Source: Thermodesulfobacteriota bacterium | GTDB taxonomy: Bacteria; Desulfobacterota_D; UBA1144; Nemesobacterales; Mycalebacteriaceae | Direction of reading: 5' to 3' | NCBI GenBank assembly: GCA_965198945.1 | Contig: CBDAQI010000010.1 | Span: 1 to 64,000 of the forward strand | DNA length: 64,000 nucleotides | Shown here: in pieces, positions 63,685-64,000 of the stretch | How positions within the stretch are numbered: the first letter of the stretch is position 1 | How the letters are laid out: each line of letters begins with the position of its first letter | Notes under the pieces: model-generated | Databases searched by the model: none | Told to the model about the DNA's origin: nothing | Seen by the model: the letters and a program-made list of their open reading frames with translations, nothing else | Made by a program: the position numbers and the translations under genes

Positions 63685-64000
63685 ATGGGCACGAGCCTGA
63701 AAGAAAACAGAAATTCGTGGTTTGCAAGAATAATTGTGATAGTTCTTGCGATCGCGTTCATTGTGGGTCTGGGATATACGGGCGGCTTTCAGGGAGTGTC
63801 GGGCGGAGTCGCCGCTGAGGTAAACGGCGAGCCCATTCCAATTCAATATTATCATCTCGTAAGAGGGCGGATTTTCAACGAACAGACCAAAAATCTGGAC
63901 AAAATTCCCTTAGAGCTCAGGGAAGCCATAGACAGGGTTTCTCTCGCGTTTCTTATTGACAGAAAACTGCTTGCTCAAGGAGCCCGCTCCCTCGGCTTCA
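63685..64000 (+). CDS. SurA N-terminal domain / PpiD-like membrane-anchored chaperone (partial)
   Basis: Manual translation: MGTSLKENRNSWFARIIVIVLAIAFIVG...AAEVNGEPI...LIDRKLLAQGARSLG, open to the window end. Confidence 0.78.
   Translation, partial: MGTSLKENRNSWFARIIVIVLAIAFIVGLGYTGGFQGVSGGVAAEVNGEPIPIQYYHLVRGRIFNEQTKNLDKIPLELREAIDRVSLAFLIDRKLLAQGARSLGF

Overview
Bacterial chromosomal window that is mostly housekeeping: phoH, purA, hisZ, serA, tatC, a CCA-adding enzyme, cyclophilin, xseA, a thyX-like gene, F0 ATP synthase genes, hemL, a partial cobalamin operon, pyrE, rho, an Rrf2-sufBCD-Rieske operon and cofD. Gene style suggests a Deltaproteobacteria-like or Dadabacteria-like organism, possibly host-associated; this is inference only. 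Accessory content includes a 2746-aa YadA-type adhesin with 4 x 462-bp tandem repeats, a disrupted lipoprotein subtilase/autotransporter, two inverted paralogs of a beta-barrel protein with a large variable insert, a divergent sigma-70, two apparent pseudoenzymes and two decayed IS1595-family elements. The most unusual observations are: (1) dRS3/CGTC-REP-like palindromes carrying 0, 1, 2 or 3 nested 22-bp insertions at one fixed position; (2) a conserved, apparently structured ~235-300 nt non-coding segment just inside the right end of both IS1595 elements, upstream of different passenger genes; (3) a full OMP gene paired with a headless inverted paralog, resembling an antigenic-variation cassette. 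I recognised no rRNA, tRNA or CRISPR array. All calls were made by eye, without database searches.
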